Source: an uncultured Candidatus Saccharibacteria bacterium (lineage in GTDB: Bacteria; Patescibacteriota; Minisyncoccia; Phycocordibacterales; UBA9973). From it: a DNA stretch of 64,000 nt. A model generated the notes under the pieces. That model did not search any database, was not told where the DNA came from, and saw only the letters and a program-made list of their open reading frames with translations. Positions 8,593-19,177 of the stretch are shown here, piece by piece (position 1 is the first letter of the stretch; each line of letters begins with the position of its first letter). Location of the stretch: assembly GCA_964482735.1 (NCBI GenBank), contig CAYZYV010000002.1:22061-86060 (forward strand), written 5' to 3'. The position numbers and the translations under genes were made by a program.

Positions 8593-9327
8593 TTACTTTC
8601 TTTCAAAAGTGTATTGTGCGTATGTGTAAGTTTTGTCTGATCCAATCACTGGTGGAGCCTTATAAACTAGACGAGTCGCAGAAAGCTCGACTATCGTATA
8701 GTTCGTAGATGAGACCCGTAGGGTATTTTGAGACATAATACTCCAGTCTGCGTAGAAAAATCTAACACCTTCCTGAGTTAGCACTTCAGTGTAACTAGTC
8801 TTAGGGTAATTAAAGTAGAAGAACATATTTCTATTTTTTTCTTCTTGGGTAAGAGGAAAAGTAAAATAGAATGTTCCATTTTCTCTATATATGTCCATTG
8901 ATACATATTTCCACGGAGAAGGATAAAAATTTGTAGAGATTATAAGATTATTTGTCTCCACAAATATGACTTCAACTCTAACATTACTAGTCACATTTTT
9001 TATAGTGTATGACACCTCACTCGAAGAAGGCTGGATCTCCACAGCTACATTATTCACTTTTACAGAGTATAAAGAATACCCTGCTTCAGGAATAAATTTC
9101 ACTGTGATATCACTTCCCAGAGAAATGTTTGCCACCTTGTCCGGATTTACCGACCCTTTACCACTTGTTGTGGAAGAGAGCGTATAGAACACAGGAGCCG
9201 GTCCCGGAGGAACCGGATTCTCCGGTTTTTCACATCCTGTAAACATAAGTGCTAGGATGGTCAAAACCATCGAGAATAATACAATCTTTCTCATGGCTAT
9301 TGTTTTTAAATTACTTTCTTTTATCAA
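8593..9327 (-). CDS. Putative lipoprotein / secreted protein
   Basis: Signal peptide with the lipobox-like FTGC. 244 aa. Beta-rich composition. Confidence 0.5.
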   Translation of the reverse strand: MIKESNLKTIAMRKIVLFSMVLTILALMFTGCEKPENPVPPGPAPVFYTLSSTTSGKGSVNPDKVANISLGSDITVKFIPEAGYSLYSVKVNNVAVEIQPSSSEVSYTIKNVTSNVRVEVIFVETNNLIISTNFYPSPWKYVSMDIYRENGTFYFTFPLTQEEKNRNMFFYFNYPKTSYTEVLTQEGVRFFYADWSIMSQNTLRVSSTNYTIVELSATRLVYKAPPVIGSDKTYTYAQYTFERK

Positions 9328-9376
9328 AGTATAGTATAAAAAATTCTTTTGTCAACAGAAGAATAATTTTCCTTGC

Positions 9377-11428
9377 TTACTTTTCTAATACTGTATAAGC
9401 AGTTGTGGTTTCCGGGTAGTAAAAATCTCCACTCCATTTTTCATAAACGTCACCATCTGAACTCCCACAAGTTCCTCCAGGATATGTACATTCAAAATGT
9501 TTTCCAGAAGCATTTTGAATTGTCCACTTAATCCTTATCGGAGTTCCTTTAGTTACTGTAATTTTACCATCCACTGACTCTTCACCCGTGTTTTCATTTC
9601 TAGCAGTTACTGTTACTGTCGCTTGAGAGGTAGGAATTTCAGGTATAATTACATTATAAGCTAGAGGAATATTTACCGCTATTTCTTGAAGACCATCCAT
9701 ATACGCATGTCCAGAAATAACAATATTACTGGAGTTAGTAGCCGCCGAAAGAAATGTATTCTCAGCGTAGAGTTCATCTCCTCCACATACAATTGATTCT
9801 CCAGAGAAGTCTAGCTTTTGCGTATCTAACTGGTTGGCAGTGGCGTAGAGAGGTATAGTAGAACAATGTCCAACCTTATCATAATAAACAGATGTGTTTA
9901 GTTTTATATCATCCCCATAAGAATAATCACTTTTGTCTAAGTTTGTGTTTAAAACTATTGTTCCATAAGTTGAGCTTGGGTCATAATAAGTATCTACTCT
10001 ATCTGCTGTTATGTAGTACGTCTCCGCCTTAACCACTCCACCTGGAATAAATGAAATAGCTAGAGCGAATAGAATAGCAAGCATAGCTCCTTCAATGTGA
10101 CCACTCTTTGGTTTGTCATCATGGTGATCATCTTTCTTCTTTAGATTCTTAAAGTAGATAACTAATCCTGCGATTACAAGAAGTACAAGGATGATAATAG
10201 CAATGATACCCATCTTACCCGAGAATAAATTAGTCTTTTCATTAGCTTCAAATATCAAAGCTTTTTGATCAAGTATCTTACCTGTAGCATCTAATAGAGA
10301 GATGGTTACTTCTGGATCATCACATGACTTACTAATAGTAACTGGTATCTCTATGAATCCCACTCCTGCCATTTGTGTATTTATTGGACTTTCTATACAA
10401 GATCTCTTATTTTTATTAACTATATCTGCTTGTAGAGAGATAGATGTTAGTTCCTCTTTATTCTTAGCTGATGAAGTCCAGAAGAATGCAATCTTGGCAG
10501 TTTCGTTTGCGTTGTATGAGTTCTTATCCAATGAGACGTTTTGAATTGTGGCACTGAGACCGGAGATGGTGTAAGACATCAATATGTAATTAGATTTAAT
10601 TCCGTTTGTCTCAAAATAAACCTTAGTGATATAACTTTGAGGTACTACTACTTTAGGTAATGTAAGTTTAACTAACTTTTCTTCCAAAGGTCTAAGCAAA
10701 ATGGGATTAACATCTCCACCTAGTTGAGAAACTTCTTCCCCATAAATTGTCCTATAGTGAGTTTCAAAATTAGGGTTAGTTGTTACCTCTTCGTTTAGGT
10801 TATTTTTTATGTAACAAGAAAGCACGATTTTGTCTTCCTTGGAAACTATATTCCCTCTTTCATCTTCTAGTTTGATACTTCCAGCTCTTTCTATTTCAGT
10901 TGAACAAGTTTCGCTCAAGATTTCTAGAGTCTCCATCTGTTTTGTAAAACTAACCGCCCCAAGATCTGCAATACCTAAAGGAAGACCACTATAATTACGA
11001 GCAGATATGAATACATTGTAGGTACCATCTAAATTAACTGGTGCGGTGTATTTAACAGTTTTAGAAATACTAGAATTGGCAGCTACACTTAGAACTTCAG
11101 GAAATACGTATTCATCTATAGTTTTTTGGACTTTGCTTTCTTTATCTACTACACGAATACCATACTTAACACCAGATTGTGCTCCTTGTTTATTGTTAAT
11201 ATTAAAAGAAATTTCCAAGGTGTTTCCTGTTTGGGATATTATTTTAGCGTCTTGTACGTTAATTTCAGCAAGTACGATTGTCTTGCCCTCTAGTTTTTTT
11301 TCTGTGGAGATTTTTTCTTCCGCCATTACCTTTATTGAAAAGGCAAATGAAAAAATTAGAACGATTGCTATTAAAGAGAACTTTGTTAATTTCATATTTT
11401 TAAAAATTAAAACTAATAATATAAACAA
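9377..11428 (-). CDS. Hypothetical cell-surface protein (signal peptide, internal TM plus second signal-like segment)
   Basis: 683 aa. It has an N-terminal signal peptide. A central TM (IIAIIILVLLVIAGLVIYF) is followed by KNLKKKDDHHDD. Then comes a second signal-peptide-like stretch MLAILFALAISFIPGGVVKA. Confidence 0.5.
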   Translation of the reverse strand: MFILLVLIFKNMKLTKFSLIAIVLIFSFAFSIKVMAEEKISTEKKLEGKTIVLAEINVQDAKIISQTGNTLEISFNINNKQGAQSGVKYGIRVVDKESKVQKTIDEYVFPEVLSVAANSSISKTVKYTAPVNLDGTYNVFISARNYSGLPLGIADLGAVSFTKQMETLEILSETCSTEIERAGSIKLEDERGNIVSKEDKIVLSCYIKNNLNEEVTTNPNFETHYRTIYGEEVSQLGGDVNPILLRPLEEKLVKLTLPKVVVPQSYITKVYFETNGIKSNYILMSYTISGLSATIQNVSLDKNSYNANETAKIAFFWTSSAKNKEELTSISLQADIVNKNKRSCIESPINTQMAGVGFIEIPVTISKSCDDPEVTISLLDATGKILDQKALIFEANEKTNLFSGKMGIIAIIILVLLVIAGLVIYFKNLKKKDDHHDDKPKSGHIEGAMLAILFALAISFIPGGVVKAETYYITADRVDTYYDPSSTYGTIVLNTNLDKSDYSYGDDIKLNTSVYYDKVGHCSTIPLYATANQLDTQKLDFSGESIVCGGDELYAENTFLSAATNSSNIVISGHAYMDGLQEIAVNIPLAYNVIIPEIPTSQATVTVTARNENTGEESVDGKITVTKGTPIRIKWTIQNASGKHFECTYPGGTCGSSDGDVYEKWSGDFYYPETTTAYTVLEK

Positions 11429-11474
11429 TTATGAATTGATATAATTATACCACAAAATAATAATGCAACAAAAA

Positions 11475-12602
11475 TTATTTACTGATATTTTTCTCTTCCA
11501 AAGTCTTACTCTTATATTGAGAAATATTTAAAATTACCCCAACTACCCCTAGAGACAGCAATAAGGCTGTTCCTCCGTGAGATATAAAGACGAGCGGGAC
11601 TCCGGTTAATGGAAAAACCCCAATCGAAGAAGCTATATTCATATACGACTGTGCGGTTATGATAGTTACAAAACCAATAACAAGTAGTTTACTAAATGAA
11701 TCCGGAGCGTTTTTGGTAGCTATTCTGTACCCACGTAAAATAAAAGCCAAATACAATAATATAATTAAAATACTACCGATGAAACCAATTTCTTCTCCTA
11801 TTACAGCAAATATAGAATCACCCTGTGGTTCTGGTAAGTAGTTAAATTTTTGAATACTTTGACCTAGCCCACGTCCTGTTATTCCACCAGATCCTATGGC
11901 TATCAAGGATTGTTGAAGTTGGTAAGATTTTGTTTGGCTATTTTCTTGTGGGTTAATAAAAGTCTCTACTCTGTCTCTTAGGTATGGAGTAAAATAAACA
12001 AGTATAGAAAAACCAACAATAGCAATACCAAAAAAGATGGCTAGATGTTTAATTGGAGCACCGGATACAAAAAGCATAATAAGAGCTGTGGTGGTTATTA
12101 AAATTAAACTCTTGGTGTCAGGTTGTTTTAGTAAGATGGCCGCTATTGCCCCTATTAAAATTATTAAGGGTAATATTGAAAAAAGCGGGTTTTTTACTTT
12201 TGTTTTAGCCCATGATAACCAAGCTGAGAAATAAATAATAAATCCTATTTTTAAAAGCTCTACGGGTTGGAACGAATATCCAAAAACACTAATCCACCTG
12301 CTTGCCCCTTTAAATTTCAAACCAACACCTGGTACAAAAACTAAGAGTGTTGCAGCAATAGCTAAAATGAATAGAACCAAAGAATATTTTCTAATAATTT
12401 TGTACGGTATTTTATATCCAATGTATAAAGCGATAAGTCCTCCAATAAAACCTAAAACAAATTGGCTAAAAAGGACATTATTAAATTCAACTTCACTTTT
12501 AGCAAGTATCCCGAGAGATGCAGATGTGAAAGTTATGAGCCCTATAAAAACTAGAGCCATAACTATACCCAAGAAAGTTTTATCTATAGTTCCCTTTTTC
12601 AT
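11475..12602 (-). CDS. ftsW: SEDS-family peptidoglycan glycosyltransferase FtsW/RodA
   Basis: Ten predicted TM helices and the G-x-x-x-x-GASRW SEDS motif. The start is chosen at the internal Met that forms a TAATG overlap with the mraY stop. The longest ORF extends to 12659. Confidence 0.8.
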   Translation of the reverse strand: MKKGTIDKTFLGIVMALVFIGLITFTSASLGILAKSEVEFNNVLFSQFVLGFIGGLIALYIGYKIPYKIIRKYSLVLFILAIAATLLVFVPGVGLKFKGASRWISVFGYSFQPVELLKIGFIIYFSAWLSWAKTKVKNPLFSILPLIILIGAIAAILLKQPDTKSLILITTTALIMLFVSGAPIKHLAIFFGIAIVGFSILVYFTPYLRDRVETFINPQENSQTKSYQLQQSLIAIGSGGITGRGLGQSIQKFNYLPEPQGDSIFAVIGEEIGFIGSILIILLYLAFILRGYRIATKNAPDSFSKLLVIGFVTIITAQSYMNIASSIGVFPLTGVPLVFISHGGTALLLSLGVVGVILNISQYKSKTLEEKNISK

Positions 12603-13660
12603 TAACTTATTATAGAAACGATTACACCTATAACAGAAGTTATAATGCTGATTATCCAATACCTCATGGTTACTTTATATTTTGGCCACCCCCTTGCTTC
12701 AAAATGATGGTGGAGAGGTGCAATTAGAAATACTCTTTTACCGTGTCTAAGTTTAACTGAAAGTATTTGTATAAACGCGGAAAGAGATGTGATGACAAGA
12801 GGAAAAGCAATAATAGGTAAAAGCAAAACGGTATTAGTTAAAAATGCAATGACAGAAATAGTAACTGTTAATCCAATCATTCCTGTTTCTCCCATATAAA
12901 ATCTAGCCGGAGGAATATTGAACCAAAGAAAAGCTAGAATGGCACCAGTTACAACCCCACAAAAAGTTGCAATATCCAATTGATTGTTAAAATAAGCGAT
13001 AAGGGTGTAAGCCATAAAAATAGTTCCTAACACTCCTCCAGACAATCCGTCTATCCCATCTATAATGCTTGTAGACCATAACGATAGCATAACCAACATA
13101 AAGAATGGTATAAAAAGGTAACCCAAACTAATGTACCCTACCCATGGTATATAAAGACTACTAACTCCTAGTTTTACGTAAAACCATAGTCCTATGATTA
13201 ACCCGAGCAACAATATAACTGTTATTTTTAAATAACGAAGGACCATTGGATCCTTACTCCATTTACCCATTCCAAAAATTTGAAGAAAGTCATCTGCTAA
13301 TCCTATGATTGAGGCCACTATCAAAGAAATAAATGGTAATAGCGTTTGGTTTCGGCTAATAAAATTTAATTTTTCAGTAAGTTCATTACCTAAAAAGTAA
13401 TCAGCAACTAGAACTGCTGCAACTGTCAAAATAACAGATACCCAAATTATCATACCCCCTACTCTAGGAGTGGAGATTTCTGAGGCCACATCATGTATCT
13501 TAGAAAACTTATTATTTTCATCATTAATAATATTTTTATCTCTTGAAACTTTTTTCCACATTTTATATTTATAAAAGTAATGTGTGGCTAGTGGAGTTAT
13601 AAAAATTCCAATAGTGAAAGCTGTAACTGCGGGTAAAAATATTTTTAATGCATTAATCAT
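12602..13660 (-). CDS. mraY: Phospho-N-acetylmuramoyl-pentapeptide transferase
   Basis: IIDGIDGLSGG and DDF motifs. Polytopic membrane protein, 352 aa. Confidence 0.85.
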   Translation of the reverse strand: MINALKIFLPAVTAFTIGIFITPLATHYFYKYKMWKKVSRDKNIINDENNKFSKIHDVASEISTPRVGGMIIWVSVILTVAAVLVADYFLGNELTEKLNFISRNQTLLPFISLIVASIIGLADDFLQIFGMGKWSKDPMVLRYLKITVILLLGLIIGLWFYVKLGVSSLYIPWVGYISLGYLFIPFFMLVMLSLWSTSIIDGIDGLSGGVLGTIFMAYTLIAYFNNQLDIATFCGVVTGAILAFLWFNIPPARFYMGETGMIGLTVTISVIAFLTNTVLLLPIIAFPLVITSLSAFIQILSVKLRHGKRVFLIAPLHHHFEARGWPKYKVTMRYWIISIITSVIGVIVSIIS

Positions 13661-14192
13661 TGTTTTCTGTGGTATTGTTAATTTCTAATAATTGAGAACG
13701 GATTTCTTCATAGTTTGGTAAATCTTTAATAGATTTAATTCCAAGATAAGTTAAAGTGTCGAATGTTGGTTTATATAGGAATCTTCGGCTGTCTTTAGGG
13801 TCTATTATTTTTTCGATTAAACCTCTAACCAATAGATTTCTTAAAATAAAGCTAGAATTAACTCCTCTAATATAGTCAATCTCACTTCTAGTCACGCCGT
13901 CTTTGTATATGATAATAGAGAGCGTCTCTAGAGAAGATTTTGTTAACTCTTTAGTTATCTCGTCTTTTCTCATCTCTTCTAGGATAGGGCTAAGTTCTCC
14001 TCTGATACCTAGAATAACTCGATTATCTTTTCTCACTAATATCAAGCCCCTATTAGTAAGAGATTCATCCAAGCGCACAAGAGCTTCTTCTACTTCCGGT
14101 ATCTCTACTTTAAAAATTTCAGCGATTTTCTTTATTTCAAGATCTTCTCCTTTATAAAAGAGCAGCCCTTCTATTTTTGATTCTAGATTCAT
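13653..14192 (-). CDS. scpB: Segregation and condensation protein B
   Basis: N-terminus IEGLLFYKGEDL and a tandem winged-helix pattern. 179 aa. Confidence 0.85.
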   Translation of the reverse strand: MNLESKIEGLLFYKGEDLEIKKIAEIFKVEIPEVEEALVRLDESLTNRGLILVRKDNRVILGIRGELSPILEEMRKDEITKELTKSSLETLSIIIYKDGVTRSEIDYIRGVNSSFILRNLLVRGLIEKIIDPKDSRRFLYKPTFDTLTYLGIKSIKDLPNYEEIRSQLLEINNTTENND

Positions 14193-14208
14193 ATTTAAAT
14201 AATCTCAC

Positions 14209-14991
14209 TTAATTTGTTACTAATTCTTCATTGACCTTATTGTTTTGATTGATTTCAATTTCTCCAAAAGAAGAGTTCTGTATTACTCCGATAACTCCTT
14301 CTCTGACTAATTCTAGCATAGCCAAGAAAGAAATTATAACTTCAGATCTGGCTTCTTCTACGGGTTTAGAACCATCACCCTTTGTTAAATCTCGAAAAGA
14401 GAGTTTTACTGCAGTTTTAATTCTCTCTGTTATATTGTTTATCACTTCTTCGATATTAATGACCTTCTTTACTTCAATCTCTGGTAGACTAATCTCCTTT
14501 TTGGGAGCATTAATTATTGCATTTTTAACGGAAGCCAACATATTTTCTGGTGTGATTAATGGATCAGGAGAAAAAATAGGATCACTCCATATTCTTTCAA
14601 CTGGCATAAAAATAATATCCTTTGCAAAAATTTTATTAACTTCTATTCCTGCAGACTTAAAAATTTGGTAAATTTTTAGTCTTTTTTCTAAATCAGTGAT
14701 ATCTTCTTTCTCGTCTTCTGTTAGTGACAAGTTTGGCAAGAGAGATTTTGATTTAATTAAAATCAAGGTCGAAGCGATAAGAACAAAATAAGAAACATCC
14801 TCTATGTGTTTTTCGTTTGGAATTTCATTCAGAGACTTTAAATAAGAGATGTAATCGTTGGTTACGTCTGCAAGTGATAACTCGTTAATAAAAAATTTCT
14901 TATTTTCTATTAACGAAAGGAGCAAATCGAGTGGCCCCTCGAATGCTCCTGCTCGGACACTATATGGAGATATAATATCCTCTGTGGTCAT
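14209..14991 (-). CDS. scpA: Segregation and condensation protein A
   Basis: FEGPLDLLLSLIENKK N-terminal kleisin motif. 260 aa. Confidence 0.85.
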   Translation of the reverse strand: MTTEDIISPYSVRAGAFEGPLDLLLSLIENKKFFINELSLADVTNDYISYLKSLNEIPNEKHIEDVSYFVLIASTLILIKSKSLLPNLSLTEDEKEDITDLEKRLKIYQIFKSAGIEVNKIFAKDIIFMPVERIWSDPIFSPDPLITPENMLASVKNAIINAPKKEISLPEIEVKKVINIEEVINNITERIKTAVKLSFRDLTKGDGSKPVEEARSEVIISFLAMLELVREGVIGVIQNSSFGEIEINQNNKVNEELVTN

Positions 14992-14992
14992 A

Positions 14993-16417
14993 TTATTTTT
15001 TCGGCTTGATTATTTCTATACTTAATTCTTTTAGTTGTTTTGCTGATACTTCTGAAGGAGATTCCATCATTAAGTCTTTTGCTTCTCCTGTTTTAGGAAA
15101 TGTAATAACCTCTCTTATGTTTGGTTCGTTTTCTAATAGCATTAGTACTCGGTCAAACCCCCAAGCAATTCCTCCATGTGGAGGTGTTCCTGATCCCAAT
15201 GCTCCAAGCATGTGTCCAAAGTTGTGATTGATATCATCTTCTTTGTGTCCAATTATTTCCAAAACTTTCTTAAGCATGTCTGGCTCATGAGCTCTAATAC
15301 TTCCTCCTCCTATTTCAAAACCATTTAGGATAATATCGTATTGAGTAGTTAAAATTTCTCCTATGTTTTTACCTTCCATTAGCCAACCCTTGTGTTCTTT
15401 AACTGGTCCTGAGAAAGGATTGTGTGTAAATGTCCATTCACCTTCTGTGTTTGGATTATCTGATTTGTCTGTTCTTTCAAAAAATGGAAAGTCTATCACC
15501 CAACAAAAAGCCAAAAGGTCTGGATCCTCTTTGTTTTCTCTTATATCAGGTCTATCATTACCGTATTTTTCCATTGCATCCTTATAGGTAATTTTTGGGA
15601 AAGGAATTTGTTGTATTTTTTTATGAGGATACAATTCTTTCACCATTGCTATAAGTAATCTTTCATTTACATCCATAACATCCTCTCTGTCTACGAAACT
15701 CATTTCCATATCCAACTGAGTAAATTCTGGCTGTCTATCACCTCTTGAATCTTCATCTCTCATACATCTTGCTAGTTGGAAATATCTTTCCATTCCAGCA
15801 GACATAAGCAGTTGTTTGTATTGTTGAGGAGATTGAGGTAGAGCGTAAAATGTTCCTTTGTAAACCCTTGAAGGAACGATGAAATCTCGAGCACCTTCTG
15901 GTGTTGATTTTGTTAAAATAGGAGTTTCTATCTCAATGAAATTTTCTTTATCCAAGAAATCTCTGACAAACTTAGCCATTTTGTGTCTATTCCTTATATT
16001 CTTTTGCAAACGAGGTCTTCTTAGATCTATATAACGATATTGAAGTCTACGATCTTCTCCAATTTCTCGTCCATCTGTCGTAACATCAAATTGAGGAGTT
16101 ATGGCCTTATTTAGAACTTCGATATTGGTGATTTCAAGTTCAATATCTCCATTAAGAACTTCTTCTTTTATATTTTTATCAGGTCTCTTATTAACTAGTC
16201 CTGTAATCTTTAAAACCCATTCATTACGAACCTCCTTTACTTTTTCCATTGCTTCTGTGTGATTTGGTAAGACCACGCACTGTACCTTACCAGTCATGTC
16301 TCGCAAGTCCATAAAGACCAACTTACCCTGATCTCTTCGAACATCAACCCACCCAGCAATAACAACTTCTTGACCAACAAAACTACTTAAATCTTTTATG
16401 TATTTTCTTTCTTTCAT
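14993..16417 (-). CDS. aspS: Aspartyl-tRNA synthetase, compact form lacking the bacterial GAD insertion domain
   Basis: N-terminal OB fold. Class II motifs QSPQQYKQLLM and FQLARCMRDEDSRGDRQPEFTQLDMEMSF. Only 474 aa. Confidence 0.85.
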   Translation of the reverse strand: MKERKYIKDLSSFVGQEVVIAGWVDVRRDQGKLVFMDLRDMTGKVQCVVLPNHTEAMEKVKEVRNEWVLKITGLVNKRPDKNIKEEVLNGDIELEITNIEVLNKAITPQFDVTTDGREIGEDRRLQYRYIDLRRPRLQKNIRNRHKMAKFVRDFLDKENFIEIETPILTKSTPEGARDFIVPSRVYKGTFYALPQSPQQYKQLLMSAGMERYFQLARCMRDEDSRGDRQPEFTQLDMEMSFVDREDVMDVNERLLIAMVKELYPHKKIQQIPFPKITYKDAMEKYGNDRPDIRENKEDPDLLAFCWVIDFPFFERTDKSDNPNTEGEWTFTHNPFSGPVKEHKGWLMEGKNIGEILTTQYDIILNGFEIGGGSIRAHEPDMLKKVLEIIGHKEDDINHNFGHMLGALGSGTPPHGGIAWGFDRVLMLLENEPNIREVITFPKTGEAKDLMMESPSEVSAKQLKELSIEIIKPKK

Positions 16418-16437
16418 ATCTTTTAAAATTATAATAA

Positions 16438-16656
16438 TTATTTGTTAACAATTTTATCAAGTTTACCTGCTGGGTAACCAATCAGATATACAAGACTAGC
16501 GACTATCCAATAAAACGGAGCAAATGCATACCATATCACTACATCATCTTTTTCCATTCCCAGATACCATTTTTTTAATTTCTTGAATCCATTTTTAAGT
16601 GGGACGTTGATGAAGTTTAAGATAAACAACACTAGAGAGTATAAAGCATTTTTCAT
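16438..16656 (-). CDS. Hypothetical small membrane protein
   Basis: 72 aa with two hydrophobic helices. Confidence 0.35.
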   Translation of the reverse strand: MKNALYSLVLFILNFINVPLKNGFKKLKKWYLGMEKDDVVIWYAFAPFYWIVASLVYLIGYPAGKLDKIVNK

Positions 16657-16661
16657 ATTTG

Positions 16662-17669
16662 TTAAAAATAAGCTATTTTTATTTTTTCTCTGACCTCTTC
16701 CATTGTACTTCGCGCATATTTTCTCGCCTTCTCTGTTCCCTCCTCTAATATTTTCATGATCTTGTCTGGCTCTTTTGCCAGCTCCTCTCTTCTTTGTCTT
16801 ATCGGACCAATGACACTTTCCATGACTTCTATCAATCTTTTTTTAATCACGACGTCTCCTAGCCCACCTGCTTCGTATTGCTTCTTCAGTTTCTTCACCT
16901 CATCTTTCTCGAGATCAAATATTTCTAAATATTTAAAGACAACATTATTTTTGGTATCTCCTGGATCATTTACATGAATGTGATTTGGATCTGTATACAT
17001 TGACATAACTTTTTTTGATATTTCTTGGTATGTATCTGAGAGATATATAGCATTATCAAGTGACTTCCCCATCTTGGCATTACCATCTATTCCCATCAAT
17101 CTTGGAGTATCACCGACAAGATTTTTTATTTTATCAAAAGTTTTGCCATATAGACGATTGAAATCAATAACAATTTCATTTGCTTGTTCAAGCACTGGCA
17201 ACTGATCTTCCCCGACGGGAATTAAATTACCTCGAAAGGCCAAAATGTCGGCTGCTTGAGAGATCGGATAAGTAAGGAATCCTACAGGCACATTTTCTCC
17301 GAAACCTTTTTGCTTCATTTCGTCTTTGACCGTAGGATTTCTTTTTAATCTAGCTAATGTTACAAGATTCATAAACAATACAGTTAATTCAGCTATTTCA
17401 GGGACTTTGGATTGGATGAACATGACAGTCTTGTCTGGATCAATTCCACAAGCTAAATTATCCAATGCAACTTCAAGCACGTTTTTCCTAACTTTTTCTG
17501 GATTATCGGCATTATCTGTAAGAGCTTGAATATCTGCTATTTCATAGAAGAACAAGTCTGCATCTTTTTGTATTTTTATCCTATTTTGTATAGAACCAAC
17601 AAAATGCCCAATATGCAATCTGCCCGTTGGACGATCTCCTGTAAGTGCTATTGTGCGTTCTTTTTCCAT
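16662..17669 (-). CDS. trpS: Tryptophanyl-tRNA synthetase
   Basis: HIGH motif (RLHIGHFVGS) and KMGKS motif. 335 aa. Confidence 0.9.
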   Translation of the reverse strand: MEKERTIALTGDRPTGRLHIGHFVGSIQNRIKIQKDADLFFYEIADIQALTDNADNPEKVRKNVLEVALDNLACGIDPDKTVMFIQSKVPEIAELTVLFMNLVTLARLKRNPTVKDEMKQKGFGENVPVGFLTYPISQAADILAFRGNLIPVGEDQLPVLEQANEIVIDFNRLYGKTFDKIKNLVGDTPRLMGIDGNAKMGKSLDNAIYLSDTYQEISKKVMSMYTDPNHIHVNDPGDTKNNVVFKYLEIFDLEKDEVKKLKKQYEAGGLGDVVIKKRLIEVMESVIGPIRQRREELAKEPDKIMKILEEGTEKARKYARSTMEEVREKIKIAYF

Positions 17670-17773
17670 AATCTATATAATACCAAAAATAAATAAGTTT
17701 TGCACATTTTAATAACATATTTATCCAAAAAATGGATTTTTGGGTTTCGGGGTGTTGTGTTACAATAATTCTT

Positions 17774-19168
17774 ATGACACAGAAATCACCATCACAAATA
17801 AAAATACCTCCTCAAAATATAGAGGCAGAAAAAGCTATACTAGGGTCTATCATGCTCCGTCCAGGGGCTATTCATGAAGTAACAGATATTATTACCGCTG
17901 ATTCTTTTTACACTTCTAAGCACTCTCAGATTTTTAAAGTAATGCTTGAACTTTCTGCCAAAGGAGAACCGATTGATTTGTTGTCAGTTTCTCACAAACT
18001 AGAAGAAAAGAAAATTCTTGATAGTGTTGGAGGAAGTAGCTATCTTGGAGAGTTAACAAACTCTGTTCCCGCTTCTACTAATATAAAATATTATGCTGAT
18101 ATTGTTTTAAAAAAATATGTACTAAGGAGAATAATTGAAGCCGGAGATTTTATCACAGAACTCGGTTTTCAAGATGATGCAGAAAATGTTTTTGAAGTTT
18201 TAGATCAAGCTGAAAAGAAGATGATGAATATCAATACTGGTGGTAATAGTGCAACTTTCCATTCTCTTAAGGATAGTTTGCCTGAAGCCTGGGAAAGATT
18301 AGAAAAACTTCATGAAAATAAAGGAGAAATTAGAGGTATACCAACAGGATTTAAAGATTTGGATGGTTATTTATCTGGTTTACAAAGATCTGACCTAATA
18401 ATTTTGGCAGCTAGACCTTCTGTCGGTAAGACTACTTTGGCTCTTGATATCGCAAGACAAACTGCTTTGAGACACAACGCCTCTGTTGCGGTTTTCTCTT
18501 TGGAAATGAGTACACAACAATTAGTCGATAGGATGTTGGCTGCAGAGTCCAGAGTTAATGCTTGGCATTTGAGAACCGGAAATCTTTCTACAGAATCAGA
18601 ATTTTCTAAAATTAGAGACTCTTTGGATAGATTATCTAAAGCAAAAATATTCGTAGATGATATGGCTGGTAACTCAATAATTAGAATGAGGTCTGTGTGT
18701 CGAAGAGTTAAGGCAGAACATGGATTGGATTTAATAGTAGTTGACTATTTACAGTTGATGTCTACTTCTAAAAATTATGACAATATGGTCAATCAAGTCA
18801 CAGAAATATCTCGATCGCTCAAAGCTCTTGCTAAGGAATTTAATGTCCCAGTTCTAGCCCTTTCTCAACTTTCCCGTGCTGTTGAATCGAGAGGTGGTAA
18901 ACCAAAACTTTCGGACCTCCGAGATTCTGGTTCTATAGAACAAGATGCCGATGTCGTAATGTTTATACATCGAGAAGATAAAGGAAAAGATGAAAGTGAG
19001 AAAACAAATATAGCAGAAATCCTTATTGAAAAGCATAGAAATGGGCCTGTTGGTAAGGTAGATTTATATTTTGATGAAAAGTTCTCTACTTTTACTTCAA
19101 TAGACAAAACAGATAGTGTTGATCGTATTAGCAATCAAATAAAAGAAACAGAGATAGAAGGTTTCTAA
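17774..19168 (+). CDS. dnaB: Replicative DNA helicase DnaB
   Basis: N-terminus PPQNIEAEKAILGSIM. Walker A ARPSVGKTT. The C-terminal RecA-like domain is intact. The start is chosen at the internal Met. The longest ORF begins at 17732. Confidence 0.9.
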   Translation: MTQKSPSQIKIPPQNIEAEKAILGSIMLRPGAIHEVTDIITADSFYTSKHSQIFKVMLELSAKGEPIDLLSVSHKLEEKKILDSVGGSSYLGELTNSVPASTNIKYYADIVLKKYVLRRIIEAGDFITELGFQDDAENVFEVLDQAEKKMMNINTGGNSATFHSLKDSLPEAWERLEKLHENKGEIRGIPTGFKDLDGYLSGLQRSDLIILAARPSVGKTTLALDIARQTALRHNASVAVFSLEMSTQQLVDRMLAAESRVNAWHLRTGNLSTESEFSKIRDSLDRLSKAKIFVDDMAGNSIIRMRSVCRRVKAEHGLDLIVVDYLQLMSTSKNYDNMVNQVTEISRSLKALAKEFNVPVLALSQLSRAVESRGGKPKLSDLRDSGSIEQDADVVMFIHREDKGKDESEKTNIAEILIEKHRNGPVGKVDLYFDEKFSTFTSIDKTDSVDRISNQIKETEIEGF

Positions 19169-19177
19169 AACGGGGGG

